Assembly: GCA_944331935.1 (NCBI GenBank)
Contig: CALVIV010000001.1
Location: forward strand, 9,968-73,967
Length of the DNA stretch: 64,000 bases
Direction of reading: 5' to 3'
Source: an uncultured Bacilli bacterium
GTDB lineage: Bacteria; Bacillota_I; Bacilli_A; RF39; UBA660
Part shown: piece by piece, positions 40,023 to 49,688 of the stretch
Layout of the letters: each line of letters begins with the position of its first letter
Position numbering within the stretch: the first letter of the stretch is position 1
Made by a program: the position numbers and the translations under genes
The notes under the pieces: model-generated
Seen by the model: only the letters and a program-made list of their open reading frames with translations
The model's database searches: none
What the model was told of the DNA's origin: nothing

Positions 40023-40698
40023 TTCCCATAACTATTAATACAAGTCTAAGTAAATCAAGTAATGTTGAAATAAGTGAAGCGACATAAGTCATCGCTGCGG
40101 CCATTAACATAGAACTAGCCATACTTCTTTCACTATTATCAACTATTTTTAATTTACTAAGAAACATTTTACCACACTTTGAAGCATTAAATTCCACAGG
40201 TAATGTAATAAGTTGAAATAAAAGTATTGCCACTAACAAAAATATACCAACCCATGCAAGGTTCATTGCTCCAAAGATAAGACCAATTAAAACTGCTAAA
40301 TAACCAAACTTAGTACTAAAATTAACAATAGGAACTAAGAAAGATCTAAATTTCAAAAAGAAATAACCTTCTTTATCTTGAACAGCATGTCCACATTCAT
40401 GAGCAGCCACACTAACACTTGCAATAGAGTCTCCATTGTAAATATCAGTTGAAAGTCTAACTACTTTCGCTCTAGGGTCATAATGGTCAGTTAAATATCC
40501 TCTAGTCTCTACAACATAAACATTATCAAGTCCATTACTTTTTAATATTTCTCTAGCAACTTCTGCACCTGTCATACCACTTTTAACTTTAACTTTCTTA
40601 TATTTACTATATCTTGTTCTTAAATAGATATCTGCAATAAGAGTTACAAGAAAAGCAATTATAACAAGTCCATAACCAAAATACATATAATAAAACAT
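40009..40698 (-). CDS. Membrane zinc metallopeptidase (YpfJ-like).
   Basis: HECGHAVQD (HExxH) plus TM segments. Confidence 0.5.
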   Translation of the reverse strand: MFYYMYFGYGLVIIAFLVTLIADIYLRTRYSKYKKVKVKSGMTGAEVAREILKSNGLDNVYVVETRGYLTDHYDPRAKVVRLSTDIYNGDSIASVSVAAHECGHAVQDKEGYFFLKFRSFLVPIVNFSTKFGYLAVLIGLIFGAMNLAWVGIFLLVAILLFQLITLPVEFNASKCGKMFLSKLKIVDNSERSMASSMLMAAAMTYVASLISTLLDLLRLVLIVMGNDRD

Positions 40699-40708
40699 TT
40701 AAAACCTC

Positions 40709-42094
40709 CTATATTTTCTCTATAGTAGTACCATTTCTACCATCTATTAATCTAAAACCAATACTCTCTAAATAATCACGAATTCTATCCGCTTCAGCAT
40801 AATCTTTATTTTTCTTAGCAATATTTCTCTTTTCTATTAAACTTTTTATCTCATCATCAATATCTATTATATCATTTTTTAGTAAATCTAAACTTAAAAC
40901 TTTATCAAATTCCCTAATTAAATCTTTCTTAGTCTTATCACTAGTATCAAGTTTTAATACTTCATAAAGAACTGTTAAAGCCATCGCTGTATTCATATCA
41001 TCACTTAAAGCATCTTTAAACTTATCTAAATATGTCTTAACTATCTTCTCATCAAGTTCTCCTTCATCTTTAAGTAAAGATACTCTATTCTTAAGTTTCC
41101 TATAAGCATTCTCTGCTTGTCCCAAAGCTTCATAAGTAAATAATAATGGTTTACGATAATGAGACTCTAAACACATATAACGATAACTTAAAGGATTAAA
41201 GCCCTTTTCTTCTAAAGTACTAACCGTAAGTATATCTCCTTTAGATTTACTCATCTTGCCACTTTTATCATTTAAGTGTTCTCCATGTACCCAATAATTA
41301 CACCATTTATGTCCAAGATAAGCTTCACTCTGAGCAATCTCATTAGTATGATGAGGAAAGATATTATCAACTCCTCCACAGTGAATATCAAGATATTCTC
41401 CAAGATTTTTAATAGCAATACAAGAACACTCTATATGCCAACCAGGATAACCTACTCCAAAAGGACTATCCCATTTTAACTCTTGTGAATCAAACTTAGA
41501 CTTAGTAAACCACAAAACAAAGTCCGCTTGATTTTTCTTATTACTATCAAACTCTACACCTTCACGTACCCCCACAACCATATCATCTACTTTATGATTA
41601 GTTAGAATATAGTAGTCACTAAGTTTAGAAGTATCAAAATAAACATTACCACCTGCTTTATAAGCATAACCTTCATCAAGTAACTTCTCTATCATCTTTA
41701 TATAAGAATCTATATTACTAGTAGCAGGACTAACAATACTAGGCCACTTAATATTAAGTTTCTCAGTATCTTTTTTAAACTCATCAGTATAAAACTTAGC
41801 GATATCTAATACTGATTTATGTTCTCTTTTAGCACTTTTAAGCATTTTATCTTCACCACTATCAGAATCACTTGACAAATGTCCAACATCAGTAATATTC
41901 ATACAACGTTTAACTTTATAACCTAACATATTTAAAGTTTTCTCTAATATATCTTCCATTATATAAGTCCTTAAATTACCAATATGAGCATAGTGATAAA
42001 CAGTAGGACCACAAGTATACATCTTAACTTCATTTTTATCTATTGGTACAAACTCTTCTACACTTCTTGTAAGAGTATTATATAACTTCATCAT
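40709..42094 (-). CDS. cysS: Cysteine--tRNA ligase.
   Basis: Class I HIGN-type N-terminus (CGPTVYHYAHIGNLR) and KMSKS. Confidence 0.9.
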   Translation of the reverse strand: MMKLYNTLTRSVEEFVPIDKNEVKMYTCGPTVYHYAHIGNLRTYIMEDILEKTLNMLGYKVKRCMNITDVGHLSSDSDSGEDKMLKSAKREHKSVLDIAKFYTDEFKKDTEKLNIKWPSIVSPATSNIDSYIKMIEKLLDEGYAYKAGGNVYFDTSKLSDYYILTNHKVDDMVVGVREGVEFDSNKKNQADFVLWFTKSKFDSQELKWDSPFGVGYPGWHIECSCIAIKNLGEYLDIHCGGVDNIFPHHTNEIAQSEAYLGHKWCNYWVHGEHLNDKSGKMSKSKGDILTVSTLEEKGFNPLSYRYMCLESHYRKPLLFTYEALGQAENAYRKLKNRVSLLKDEGELDEKIVKTYLDKFKDALSDDMNTAMALTVLYEVLKLDTSDKTKKDLIREFDKVLSLDLLKNDIIDIDDEIKSLIEKRNIAKKNKDYAEADRIRDYLESIGFRLIDGRNGTTIEKI

Positions 42095-42128
42095 ATCACT
42101 TCTTTCTATTTTTTAATTAAATATATGA

Positions 42129-42854
42129 TTATAAATTTTGAATAACAACACTACATGGAGTTTTAACCTTTTTTAAAATATGTTTATCCTCATCTTCTGT
42201 TATTTCAAAACAAGCCCTTGATATAAATCTTTTTCCCATTGATAATTCTATATTATAATAATTATCTATCACTTCCTTATAATAAGAAGGTAATTCATCT
42301 TTAGGAACTGAAATATCAAACAAATCATACATTTCTTCTAAAGTAACAATACTTCTTTTTTTATAAATCCATATAATATCATCATTTGGAAACTTAAGTC
42401 CTTTAGAACAATAAAGCATATTTAAAGAACTTTTCATCTTAGATATATTATCTAAACATACATGAATAAATCCACTATCAACTTTAATTTTAACAATTTT
42501 ATTGTTTTCTTCAAAACTTGTAAAAAAGTTCATATTCTTAACAAAATCATCTTCTAAAATATTATCTGCCAGCTCTGTAAAGCTATATCTATCTGTAATT
42601 TTTAAATTTAAATCAGATTGATAAAAACCATTTTCTTTATTTAATAAACTATATAAATTTATACAATAATAGTCTTCATAATTAGCTGAATATAAATATC
42701 CTAAATCTCCATTTACAACATTAAAACGCAAGTCCTTATTCTCATCTTCAAGTCTTGAATATTTATTCAACTCTTGTAGTTTTTTTCCAACCCTTTGATA
42801 TTCATTTCTCAAGCCAAATACTACTTCTCTTATTTTATAATAATCTTTACTCAT
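42129..42854 (-). CDS. Hypothetical protein, member 1 of a tandem three-paralog family.
   Basis: Shared N-terminus YKIREVVFGLRNEYQRVGKKLQELNKYS. Confidence 0.45.
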   Translation of the reverse strand: MSKDYYKIREVVFGLRNEYQRVGKKLQELNKYSRLEDENKDLRFNVVNGDLGYLYSANYEDYYCINLYSLLNKENGFYQSDLNLKITDRYSFTELADNILEDDFVKNMNFFTSFEENNKIVKIKVDSGFIHVCLDNISKMKSSLNMLYCSKGLKFPNDDIIWIYKKRSIVTLEEMYDLFDISVPKDELPSYYKEVIDNYYNIELSMGKRFISRACFEITEDEDKHILKKVKTPCSVVIQNL

Positions 42855-42880
42855 TTTATCTCCTTATTAATTTATATATA

Positions 42881-43561
42881 TTATCTATATAGCCTTTTAC
42901 TTTTTTGTAAAACAATACTATTATCTTCATCCATAATTTTAAAGTATCCTTCTCTTCTTATTTTTCTATTCAAAACAAAATCAATATCTTTACATCTATT
43001 AGGGTTTTTATCAATAATGTCTTTATGATACTCTGGAATATCACAAGGCATAGGACTATCTAAAACCATTTCAATATCTTCTTTAGTAAAACTACGTCCA
43101 TAAAAAGAAAGTGAATCATCTATAGACTTATAAGAGACAGAATAAATTTTAGAAAAGTTTTTAGGATATACACAAATTCTACCACAGTCAATAATAGCAT
43201 TAGAACTATCAATATCTTTATCATCAGTATAATCAATATTGTAAAAAAATCTATCTTCTAATGTTTCTTTAGCCAAACTATTAAATTTTTCTCCATCTGT
43301 TATTTCTAAAACACCACCAGAACAATAATCACCATTTTTACGATTAACTAAAGTTCCATTAAGTTCATTTCTTAATAAACTCAAAGGAAACATGCCTTTA
43401 TAAATGTAATTATAACAAAGAACAGTTGAAACACGAAAAGACAGATTATCAAAGCCTTCACTTAACTCTGAATATTCTTGTAATTTCTGCAATTTTTTCT
43501 CAATTCTCCTATATTCATCTCTTAAACCAAATATTACTTCTCTTATTTTATAATTTTCCAT
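42881..43561 (-). CDS. Hypothetical protein, paralog 2.
   Basis: YKIREVIFGLRDEYRRIEKKLQKLQEYS, and a C-terminal ...IVLQKSKR shared with paralog 3. Confidence 0.45.
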   Translation of the reverse strand: MENYKIREVIFGLRDEYRRIEKKLQKLQEYSELSEGFDNLSFRVSTVLCYNYIYKGMFPLSLLRNELNGTLVNRKNGDYCSGGVLEITDGEKFNSLAKETLEDRFFYNIDYTDDKDIDSSNAIIDCGRICVYPKNFSKIYSVSYKSIDDSLSFYGRSFTKEDIEMVLDSPMPCDIPEYHKDIIDKNPNRCKDIDFVLNRKIRREGYFKIMDEDNSIVLQKSKRLYR

Positions 43562-43618
43562 ACAAATTTTTCCTCGCTCATTTTTACTTTATTATTTCTT
43601 ATATTTTTTCACTACAAA

Positions 43619-44329
43619 CTATAACGATTTCTTCTTTTGTAAAACATATTTATCACTTTCTTCTACAATATCAAAATTACAACTATTACTTAAGCTTCGA
43701 TTCATTACTACGTCAACATTTTTATCACAACTACCATCTATTAATTTTCTATGATAACTAGTAAATGCACTTTTAGTCACTAAAACTCCTAACACTCTAT
43801 TAATATCACTTTCAGTTAAAATACCTTTTACTTTTTTAAAATAAATTTCATCTTTATCTGCATAATAAGACAAAACAATTGGTTTTTTCATCTTTAAAAT
43901 ATTTTCTAAACAAATATGAATACTTCCAGAATGGATATTTATTTTAACAACTTGATCTCTAAAAGCTAAATCAGTACGCATTGTAGATAACTCAATATTA
44001 CTACAAAATTCATCATCTAAAATATCTCTTGCCGCCTCATTAAATTTGTCACTATTAATAATTTCTAAAACTTTATCAGAAATAAAATTTCCATTTTTCT
44101 TTTCTACATTAGATCCATACAAAGTACTTGATATCATTCTGTTAGGACTTTTATTCTTACTTGTAAAATCATAATTAATATTTCTGTTATTAAGTGAAAA
44201 ATGCAAATTATCGTATTGACTATCAATCCTTGCATATTTACTTAATTCTTGTAATTTACTTTCCATTCTCTGATATTCACTTCGTAACCCTAAAACAACA
44301 CTACTTATTTCATAAAAACTTGAATTCAT
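43619..44329 (-). CDS. Hypothetical protein, paralog 3.
   Basis: FYEISSVVLGLRSEYQRMESKLQELSKYA. Its KINIHSGSIHICLENILKMK parallels KIKVDSGFIHVCLDNISKMK in paralog 1. Confidence 0.45.
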   Translation of the reverse strand: MNSSFYEISSVVLGLRSEYQRMESKLQELSKYARIDSQYDNLHFSLNNRNINYDFTSKNKSPNRMISSTLYGSNVEKKNGNFISDKVLEIINSDKFNEAARDILDDEFCSNIELSTMRTDLAFRDQVVKINIHSGSIHICLENILKMKKPIVLSYYADKDEIYFKKVKGILTESDINRVLGVLVTKSAFTSYHRKLIDGSCDKNVDVVMNRSLSNSCNFDIVEESDKYVLQKKKSL

Positions 44330-44365
44330 CTTTGCCTCCTTAAATATAATTTTATATTTTATATG

Positions 44366-44710
44366 CTAATCAACATATTTATGTTGTTCACTAGTCCAAG
44401 CAGGTGTACAAGGCACACAAGCTTCAAACTCTCCTTCAAAAGTATAGCATTCATTTTTATCAAGTAAAATAACATCACCAGTTTTAAATTCTATTACCTC
44501 TTCCTTGCCTTTAACTTCTAAAATACCACTACCAGACATGATATAAAGTAGTTCTTTACATGCAGTATTAGTTTGATAACCTACTTTAGGACTTCTACCA
44601 TTTATTTTAATAACAGCAACATTAATGTCTGCATCTGTCATGGGATAATCCATACCAGAATACCCATCACCACTATAAAACTCTGCCTTTTCTTTGCTTA
44701 CATAAATCAT
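44366..44710 (-). CDS. Cupin-domain protein.
   Basis: A 114-aa small beta-barrel pattern with G-x-x-x-x-L...G..H. Confidence 0.4.
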   Translation of the reverse strand: MIYVSKEKAEFYSGDGYSGMDYPMTDADINVAVIKINGRSPKVGYQTNTACKELLYIMSGSGILEVKGKEEVIEFKTGDVILLDKNECYTFEGEFEACVPCTPAWTSEQHKYVD

Positions 44711-44735
44711 AATAAATATCTCCTTTCAAAAAATA

Positions 44736-45698
44736 TCATTCATTATTTTCTATTAGTAATTTCATTTCTTTTAATTTTGTTTCTAATAATTTCTTATCAA
44801 TAAGCTTTAATTTATATTCAGAAATTAAAGTTTGAGACATATTCTTACTAAGTGAGTATTCTACAACATCTTTATCTTTAGAACTACAAAGAATAACTCC
44901 AACACTAGGATTTTCTTGTTCTTTTTTAACATCTCTGTCTAATGCTTCTAGATATAAGTTCATTTTCCCTAAATATTCTGCTTTAAATTCTCCTAATTTC
45001 AATTCAAAAGCTACTAAACAAGATAACTCTCTATTATAAAATAACAAATCTATAAAAAAGTCATGGTTGCCAACTTGAACTCTATACTCATCTCCAATAA
45101 AAGTAAAATCTTTCCCTACTTCTAAAATAAAATCTTTTAAATTTTTAATAATAGCATTTTTTAAATCTTTTTCAGAAAATTCTTTAGGTAAATCCAAAAA
45201 TTCCAAGCTGTAGGTATCTAAAATTCTTGTATTAGGATAATCTTCTTCATCAATAGTTTTTGTAACTGTTGGTAATTGTTTGCCACCAGAAAGCATATAC
45301 CTTTCATAATAAGATGACGTAATCTGTCTATCTAATTCACGTTTAGAATAATTATTCTTTATAGATAATTGTAGATAAAAATGCCTTTCTTCTTTCGTTT
45401 TAGAACCACTTAAAATAAGAAGATTGTTTGTCCATGACAATTGCGTCACCAGTGGTGTCGCAATCTCATCATCTTTATACGTACTATAAAATTGAACCAT
45501 TCGCTCTATATTTCGTTTAGTAAATCCTCGTATATTAGGATAATTATTCTTCATAAATTCGGCAGCTTTTGTAGTAATTTTATCACCATAAGCACTATTT
45601 TGTTTTAATTCGTACAAAAACTTGCCAACTTCTAAATATAGTAAAATCATTTCTTCATTTACTTTTCTATATGCATTATTTTTTCTCTTTTCAATCAT
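44736..45698 (-). CDS. YhcG-like PD-(D/E)xK nuclease-family protein (DUF1016).
   Basis: A C-terminal ...FIDLLFYNRELSCLVAFELKLGEF with the D-x(n)-E-x-K arrangement. Confidence 0.5.
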   Translation of the reverse strand: MIEKRKNNAYRKVNEEMILLYLEVGKFLYELKQNSAYGDKITTKAAEFMKNNYPNIRGFTKRNIERMVQFYSTYKDDEIATPLVTQLSWTNNLLILSGSKTKEERHFYLQLSIKNNYSKRELDRQITSSYYERYMLSGGKQLPTVTKTIDEEDYPNTRILDTYSLEFLDLPKEFSEKDLKNAIIKNLKDFILEVGKDFTFIGDEYRVQVGNHDFFIDLLFYNRELSCLVAFELKLGEFKAEYLGKMNLYLEALDRDVKKEQENPSVGVILCSSKDKDVVEYSLSKNMSQTLISEYKLKLIDKKLLETKLKEMKLLIENNE

Positions 45699-45896
45699 TT
45701 CAATTATCTGGTTAAAATTAGTGTCTAAAATAATAACACCTCCTTTGCATTTACTTACCCATATTATATCTTATTATCATATCTTTTTCTATAACAAATA
45801 AGTCTAAATATATCATTTTTTATAATATTATTACATTATATATATCTACTTTATAGTACACTTTATTCTATACTCAACTAAATAAGCCTCAAGACT

Positions 45897-47138
45897 TTAA
45901 TCTTGAGGCTCACTATAATTAATAACATTCGAAATAGGTATAATATAATTATTTTCATCTAACTTAGTCAAAGTATCATATAAACATATTATTCCTCCAG
46001 TGCCTATTTCTTTTTTAGTTTTCTCTAACTTACTAAAATTCTTAATCATTTCTTTTTTAGGAATAGCAGTCTTTTTTATCTCTAAAGGATATAACTTATT
46101 ATTCTTATAAAATATTAAGTCTATTTCATTTTTCTCTTTATCACGATAATAATAAAGATTAGGAGTAATTCCTCTAGCATTATAAGCTTTAATTATTTCA
46201 CTAACAATAAATGTTTCTAAATAATGTCCTGAACTAGAACCAAGTTGTAACTCTCTTGCACTAGTATATCCTGCTAAATAAGCAGCAAGACCTGTATCCA
46301 TAAATACAATTTTAGGTAAATGAGTTATTCTTTTAAGTTCACTATTCATATAAGGCTCAAGTAAATAAACAAGTCCAGATGTTACTAAAATACTTAACCA
46401 TCTAACAGCAGTAGGAACACTAATTAAAGCATCATTAGCAAGAGCCGTATAATTAAGTTGTTCTCCTGTTCTTGAAGCCACACATACAATAAATTTTCTA
46501 AAACTAAGTTCATTTCCTATCTCTGTCAATTCTTTAACATCACGAGAAATATATGTGTCAAGATAACTATTAAAATAAATATCTCGTGACATATCTTTTT
46601 CCATATAAAGTGTAGGCATTCCACCCTTAAATATTATCTCATATAATTTATTAACATCTATCTTAGGCATAGCTTTATACTCATTTAATTTAGCAGGATC
46701 AAACAATTCTTTCTTTTCATTTTTATCTATCTCGGAATACATAAAACTATTTAAGTTAACAATACCAACACGACCTGCTAAAGACTCACTAACATTTTTC
46801 ATCAAATGAAATTGTTGTGAACCTGTTAACCAGTACATCCCATTTTTATTTTCTCTATCAACATTTATTTTTATATAAGAAAACAAATTAGGAGCATATT
46901 GCACTTCATCAATAAGTAAAGGAGCAGGATGTTCTTCTAAAAATAATTTAGGATCACTCTTCGCTTGTTCCCTTAAAACTTCATCATCCAAAGTTATATA
47001 TTCCATATTATCAGGCTTTAAACTAAGTAAAAGTGTAGTCTTCCCAACTTGTCTTGGCCCTGTAACTAATAAAACTTTAAATGTTTTACTGATATTTTTA
47101 ATTATCTCTTTCGCTTCTCTTGGATACATAATCATCAC
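45897..47138 (-). CDS. AAA+ ATPase of the DUF4143 family, second copy.
   Basis: Walker A VTGPRQVGKTTLL and Walker B LLIDEVQ. Same architecture as 26596..27957. Confidence 0.6.
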   Translation of the reverse strand: MMIMYPREAKEIIKNISKTFKVLLVTGPRQVGKTTLLLSLKPDNMEYITLDDEVLREQAKSDPKLFLEEHPAPLLIDEVQYAPNLFSYIKINVDRENKNGMYWLTGSQQFHLMKNVSESLAGRVGIVNLNSFMYSEIDKNEKKELFDPAKLNEYKAMPKIDVNKLYEIIFKGGMPTLYMEKDMSRDIYFNSYLDTYISRDVKELTEIGNELSFRKFIVCVASRTGEQLNYTALANDALISVPTAVRWLSILVTSGLVYLLEPYMNSELKRITHLPKIVFMDTGLAAYLAGYTSARELQLGSSSGHYLETFIVSEIIKAYNARGITPNLYYYRDKEKNEIDLIFYKNNKLYPLEIKKTAIPKKEMIKNFSKLEKTKKEIGTGGIICLYDTLTKLDENNYIIPISNVINYSEPQD

Positions 47139-47159
47139 TGCCTTTCACTTTAATAATAC

Positions 47160-47292
47160 ATTTAAATATTACAAAAGTCAATATACTTGTGTTAAATTAG
47201 ACAATATATACATATTAAATTAGTCAATAATACCATATTAAAATAGTCAATACTATCATATTAAATTAGTCAACACTATTATATTAAATTAG
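47160..47292. repeat. Four tandem about 30-bp direct repeats with core tattaaattagtca, upstream of the second DUF4143 ATPase gene.
   Basis: catattaaattagtcaataatac / catattaaaatagtcaatactat / catattaaattagtcaacactat / tatattaaattagtcagactg. Confidence 0.6.
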
Positions 47293-49659
47293 TCAGACTG
47301 TTATCTCTTTCTTACCATTATACCAAGCATCAACAATAATAGGAGTAACCACTTCATCTATAACTTTATCAACCCTTCTCGCTCCAAACTTTTCATAATT
47401 ACTTTCCTCTATAACTTTATCCACAATTGTTGGGGATATCTTTATCTTTAAATCTTTCTTTTTAAATCCTTCTATTAACACATTTAATCTTTTTTCCACA
47501 ATTTTGTGAATAACATCACTACTTATATCATTAAAGTAATAAATCTTCCCTATTCTATTAACAAATTCCACACCTAAAAACTCTTCTATATCGACATTGT
47601 TCTTACTCTCTGTAAAACCTATAGAGTCATTAGAATACCCTAAATTAGTAGTCATAAACAAAAACACATTATCAAATCTAACCTTTCTACCTCGAGAGTC
47701 AGTCAAAACTCCTTCATCAAGCACTTGTAAAAACAGTTTCATAACTTCACTAGAAGCTTTCTCTATCTCATCAAGTAATACCACAGAATGAGGATGCATT
47801 CTAATCGTATCAAGAATAGTTAAATGATTATCAAAACCAACATAACCTGGAGGAGAACCAATAATCTTACTAACCGTATGTGCCTCTTTATATTCACTCA
47901 TATCAAGTCTAATAAAATTAGATTCCCCATATAGAAGTTTTGCAAACTCTTTAACTAATAAAGTCTTACCAACTCCAGTTCTACCGCAGAATAAAAAAGA
48001 TTCTATATGCGGTTTTTCTTGAAAACCAAGTCTAACCTTCTTAACCCTATTACACAAATCAGTAATAATCTCATCTTGTCCTAAAACTGCCTTCTTTAAG
48101 TTTTTATCTAAGTCATTTATAATCTTTCTACTACTCTTATTAATCTCATAAACAGGTATCTTAGTCTTTAGATATATAACATCTGCCACCATTTCCTTAG
48201 TAATCTTTTTAGGCTTTCTCTTAGTCATTAAATTAAGTTCTAACTCATTCTTCTTAGTAAGCAGTTCTTTTTCCTTTTCTTTATAAGTAGAAGCTAAATC
48301 AAAGTCTTGTTTAATAATCGCTTTCTTCTTATTACTTATAACTTCTTGAAGCTTTGTATTAATTTTTAAAAGTTCCGTATCATTCTTACTTTCTAATAGT
48401 GATGCCTTAGTACAAACTTCATCTAAGATATCTATAGATTTATCAGGCTGATAATACTCATATATATAAGTACTAGAAAGCTCTACTATTAAATCTATAA
48501 TATCATCACTAATACTAACAAAGTGATATGCTTCATACAAAGGCTTTAGTTTTTTTAATATTTCTTTAGTCTTATCTTTAGTAGGCTCTTCTATCATGAT
48601 AATTTGAAATCTTCTATTCAAGGCTTTATCTTTTTCTATAAAGTTGTGATATTCATAAGTAGTAGTCGCTCCAATTAACTGTATCTTTCCTCTTGCTAAA
48701 GCAGGTTTAATAATGTTAGAGGCATCTATCGCTCCTTCCGCCCCACCTGCCCCTACTATCGTATGTACTTCATCAATAAAGACAATAATATCATCATTTT
48801 CTTCAAGTTCTTTTAATATCTTAGAAACTCTCTCTTCAAACTCCCCTCGATATTTTGTCCCTGCTACTAAATTAGCCATAGGAAGAGAAAGAATTGTTTT
48901 CCCTTTAAGAGGTTTAGGAACATTACCTTCTACTATTCTTCTAGCAAGCTCTTCAACAATAGCCGTCTTCCCTACTCCTGCTTCGCCAATTAGTAAAGGA
49001 TTATTCTTACCTCTTCTACATAATATTTCTATTAGGCTTTTAATCTCATCATCTCTTCCTATAACAGGGTCAACTTCATTACCCACTACTTTTTTATTAA
49101 GATTAACAGCAAAGTCCTCTACAAGTAACTTCTTATGTATCGCTTTATTACTAACTTTAGAATCTTTTGATATAGAATTATATATCTCATCCACATCTAT
49201 ATTAAGACCAATCAAAAGCCTAATCGCTACTCCTTCTCCTTCTTCAAGTATTGCGAGCAACAACTCATTAACACTTACTTCTACTTCACCTTTTTCTTTA
49301 CTATTTAGTATCGCCGTCTCTATTACTCTCTTTAACAAAGGAGTATATAAAAACCACTGATTTGCATTCTTACCAACTCCAACTATTCTTATAAGTTCAC
49401 TCTTAAACACTTCATAAGTTATATTGTAAGAAGCTAGTACTTTAGTTATCTCTAAATCCTTCATTGAAAGTATCGAAAGAAATAAATGCTCACTTCCAAC
49501 ATAAGGATGTCTTAAATTATTCATCTCTTTTTTAGCAAGTATCAAAGCTTTCTGTGCTTCTTCACTAAATCTTGAAAACATAAAATTCCTCCAATCAATA
49601 TTATTGTAAAGATTTTTACTTACTTTAATCAAGAAATAGAAGCCCCAAAAAACTGACAA
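47293..49659 (-). CDS. clpC: ATP-dependent Clp protease ATP-binding subunit (ClpC-like, class I Clp/Hsp100).
   Basis: An N-terminal Clp_N repeat, two AAA+ modules (GEAGVGKTAIVE and GRTGVGKTLLVK) and a ClpB_D2-small C-terminus. The true start is probably MFSRFSEEAQ at about 49578. Confidence 0.8.
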   Translation of the reverse strand: MSVFWGFYFLIKVSKNLYNNIDWRNFMFSRFSEEAQKALILAKKEMNNLRHPYVGSEHLFLSILSMKDLEITKVLASYNITYEVFKSELIRIVGVGKNANQWFLYTPLLKRVIETAILNSKEKGEVEVSVNELLLAILEEGEGVAIRLLIGLNIDVDEIYNSISKDSKVSNKAIHKKLLVEDFAVNLNKKVVGNEVDPVIGRDDEIKSLIEILCRRGKNNPLLIGEAGVGKTAIVEELARRIVEGNVPKPLKGKTILSLPMANLVAGTKYRGEFEERVSKILKELEENDDIIVFIDEVHTIVGAGGAEGAIDASNIIKPALARGKIQLIGATTTYEYHNFIEKDKALNRRFQIIMIEEPTKDKTKEILKKLKPLYEAYHFVSISDDIIDLIVELSSTYIYEYYQPDKSIDILDEVCTKASLLESKNDTELLKINTKLQEVISNKKKAIIKQDFDLASTYKEKEKELLTKKNELELNLMTKRKPKKITKEMVADVIYLKTKIPVYEINKSSRKIINDLDKNLKKAVLGQDEIITDLCNRVKKVRLGFQEKPHIESFLFCGRTGVGKTLLVKEFAKLLYGESNFIRLDMSEYKEAHTVSKIIGSPPGYVGFDNHLTILDTIRMHPHSVVLLDEIEKASSEVMKLFLQVLDEGVLTDSRGRKVRFDNVFLFMTTNLGYSNDSIGFTESKNNVDIEEFLGVEFVNRIGKIYYFNDISSDVIHKIVEKRLNVLIEGFKKKDLKIKISPTIVDKVIEESNYEKFGARRVDKVIDEVVTPIIVDAWYNGKKEITV

Positions 49660-49681
49660 AAAAAAAGACCCCTAAGGGTCA
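49650..49681 (-). terminator. Rho-independent terminator of the transporter gene.
   Basis: gaccc-ctaa-gggtc followed by a T-run on the minus strand. Confidence 0.55.
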
Positions 49682-49688
49682 ATAATTA

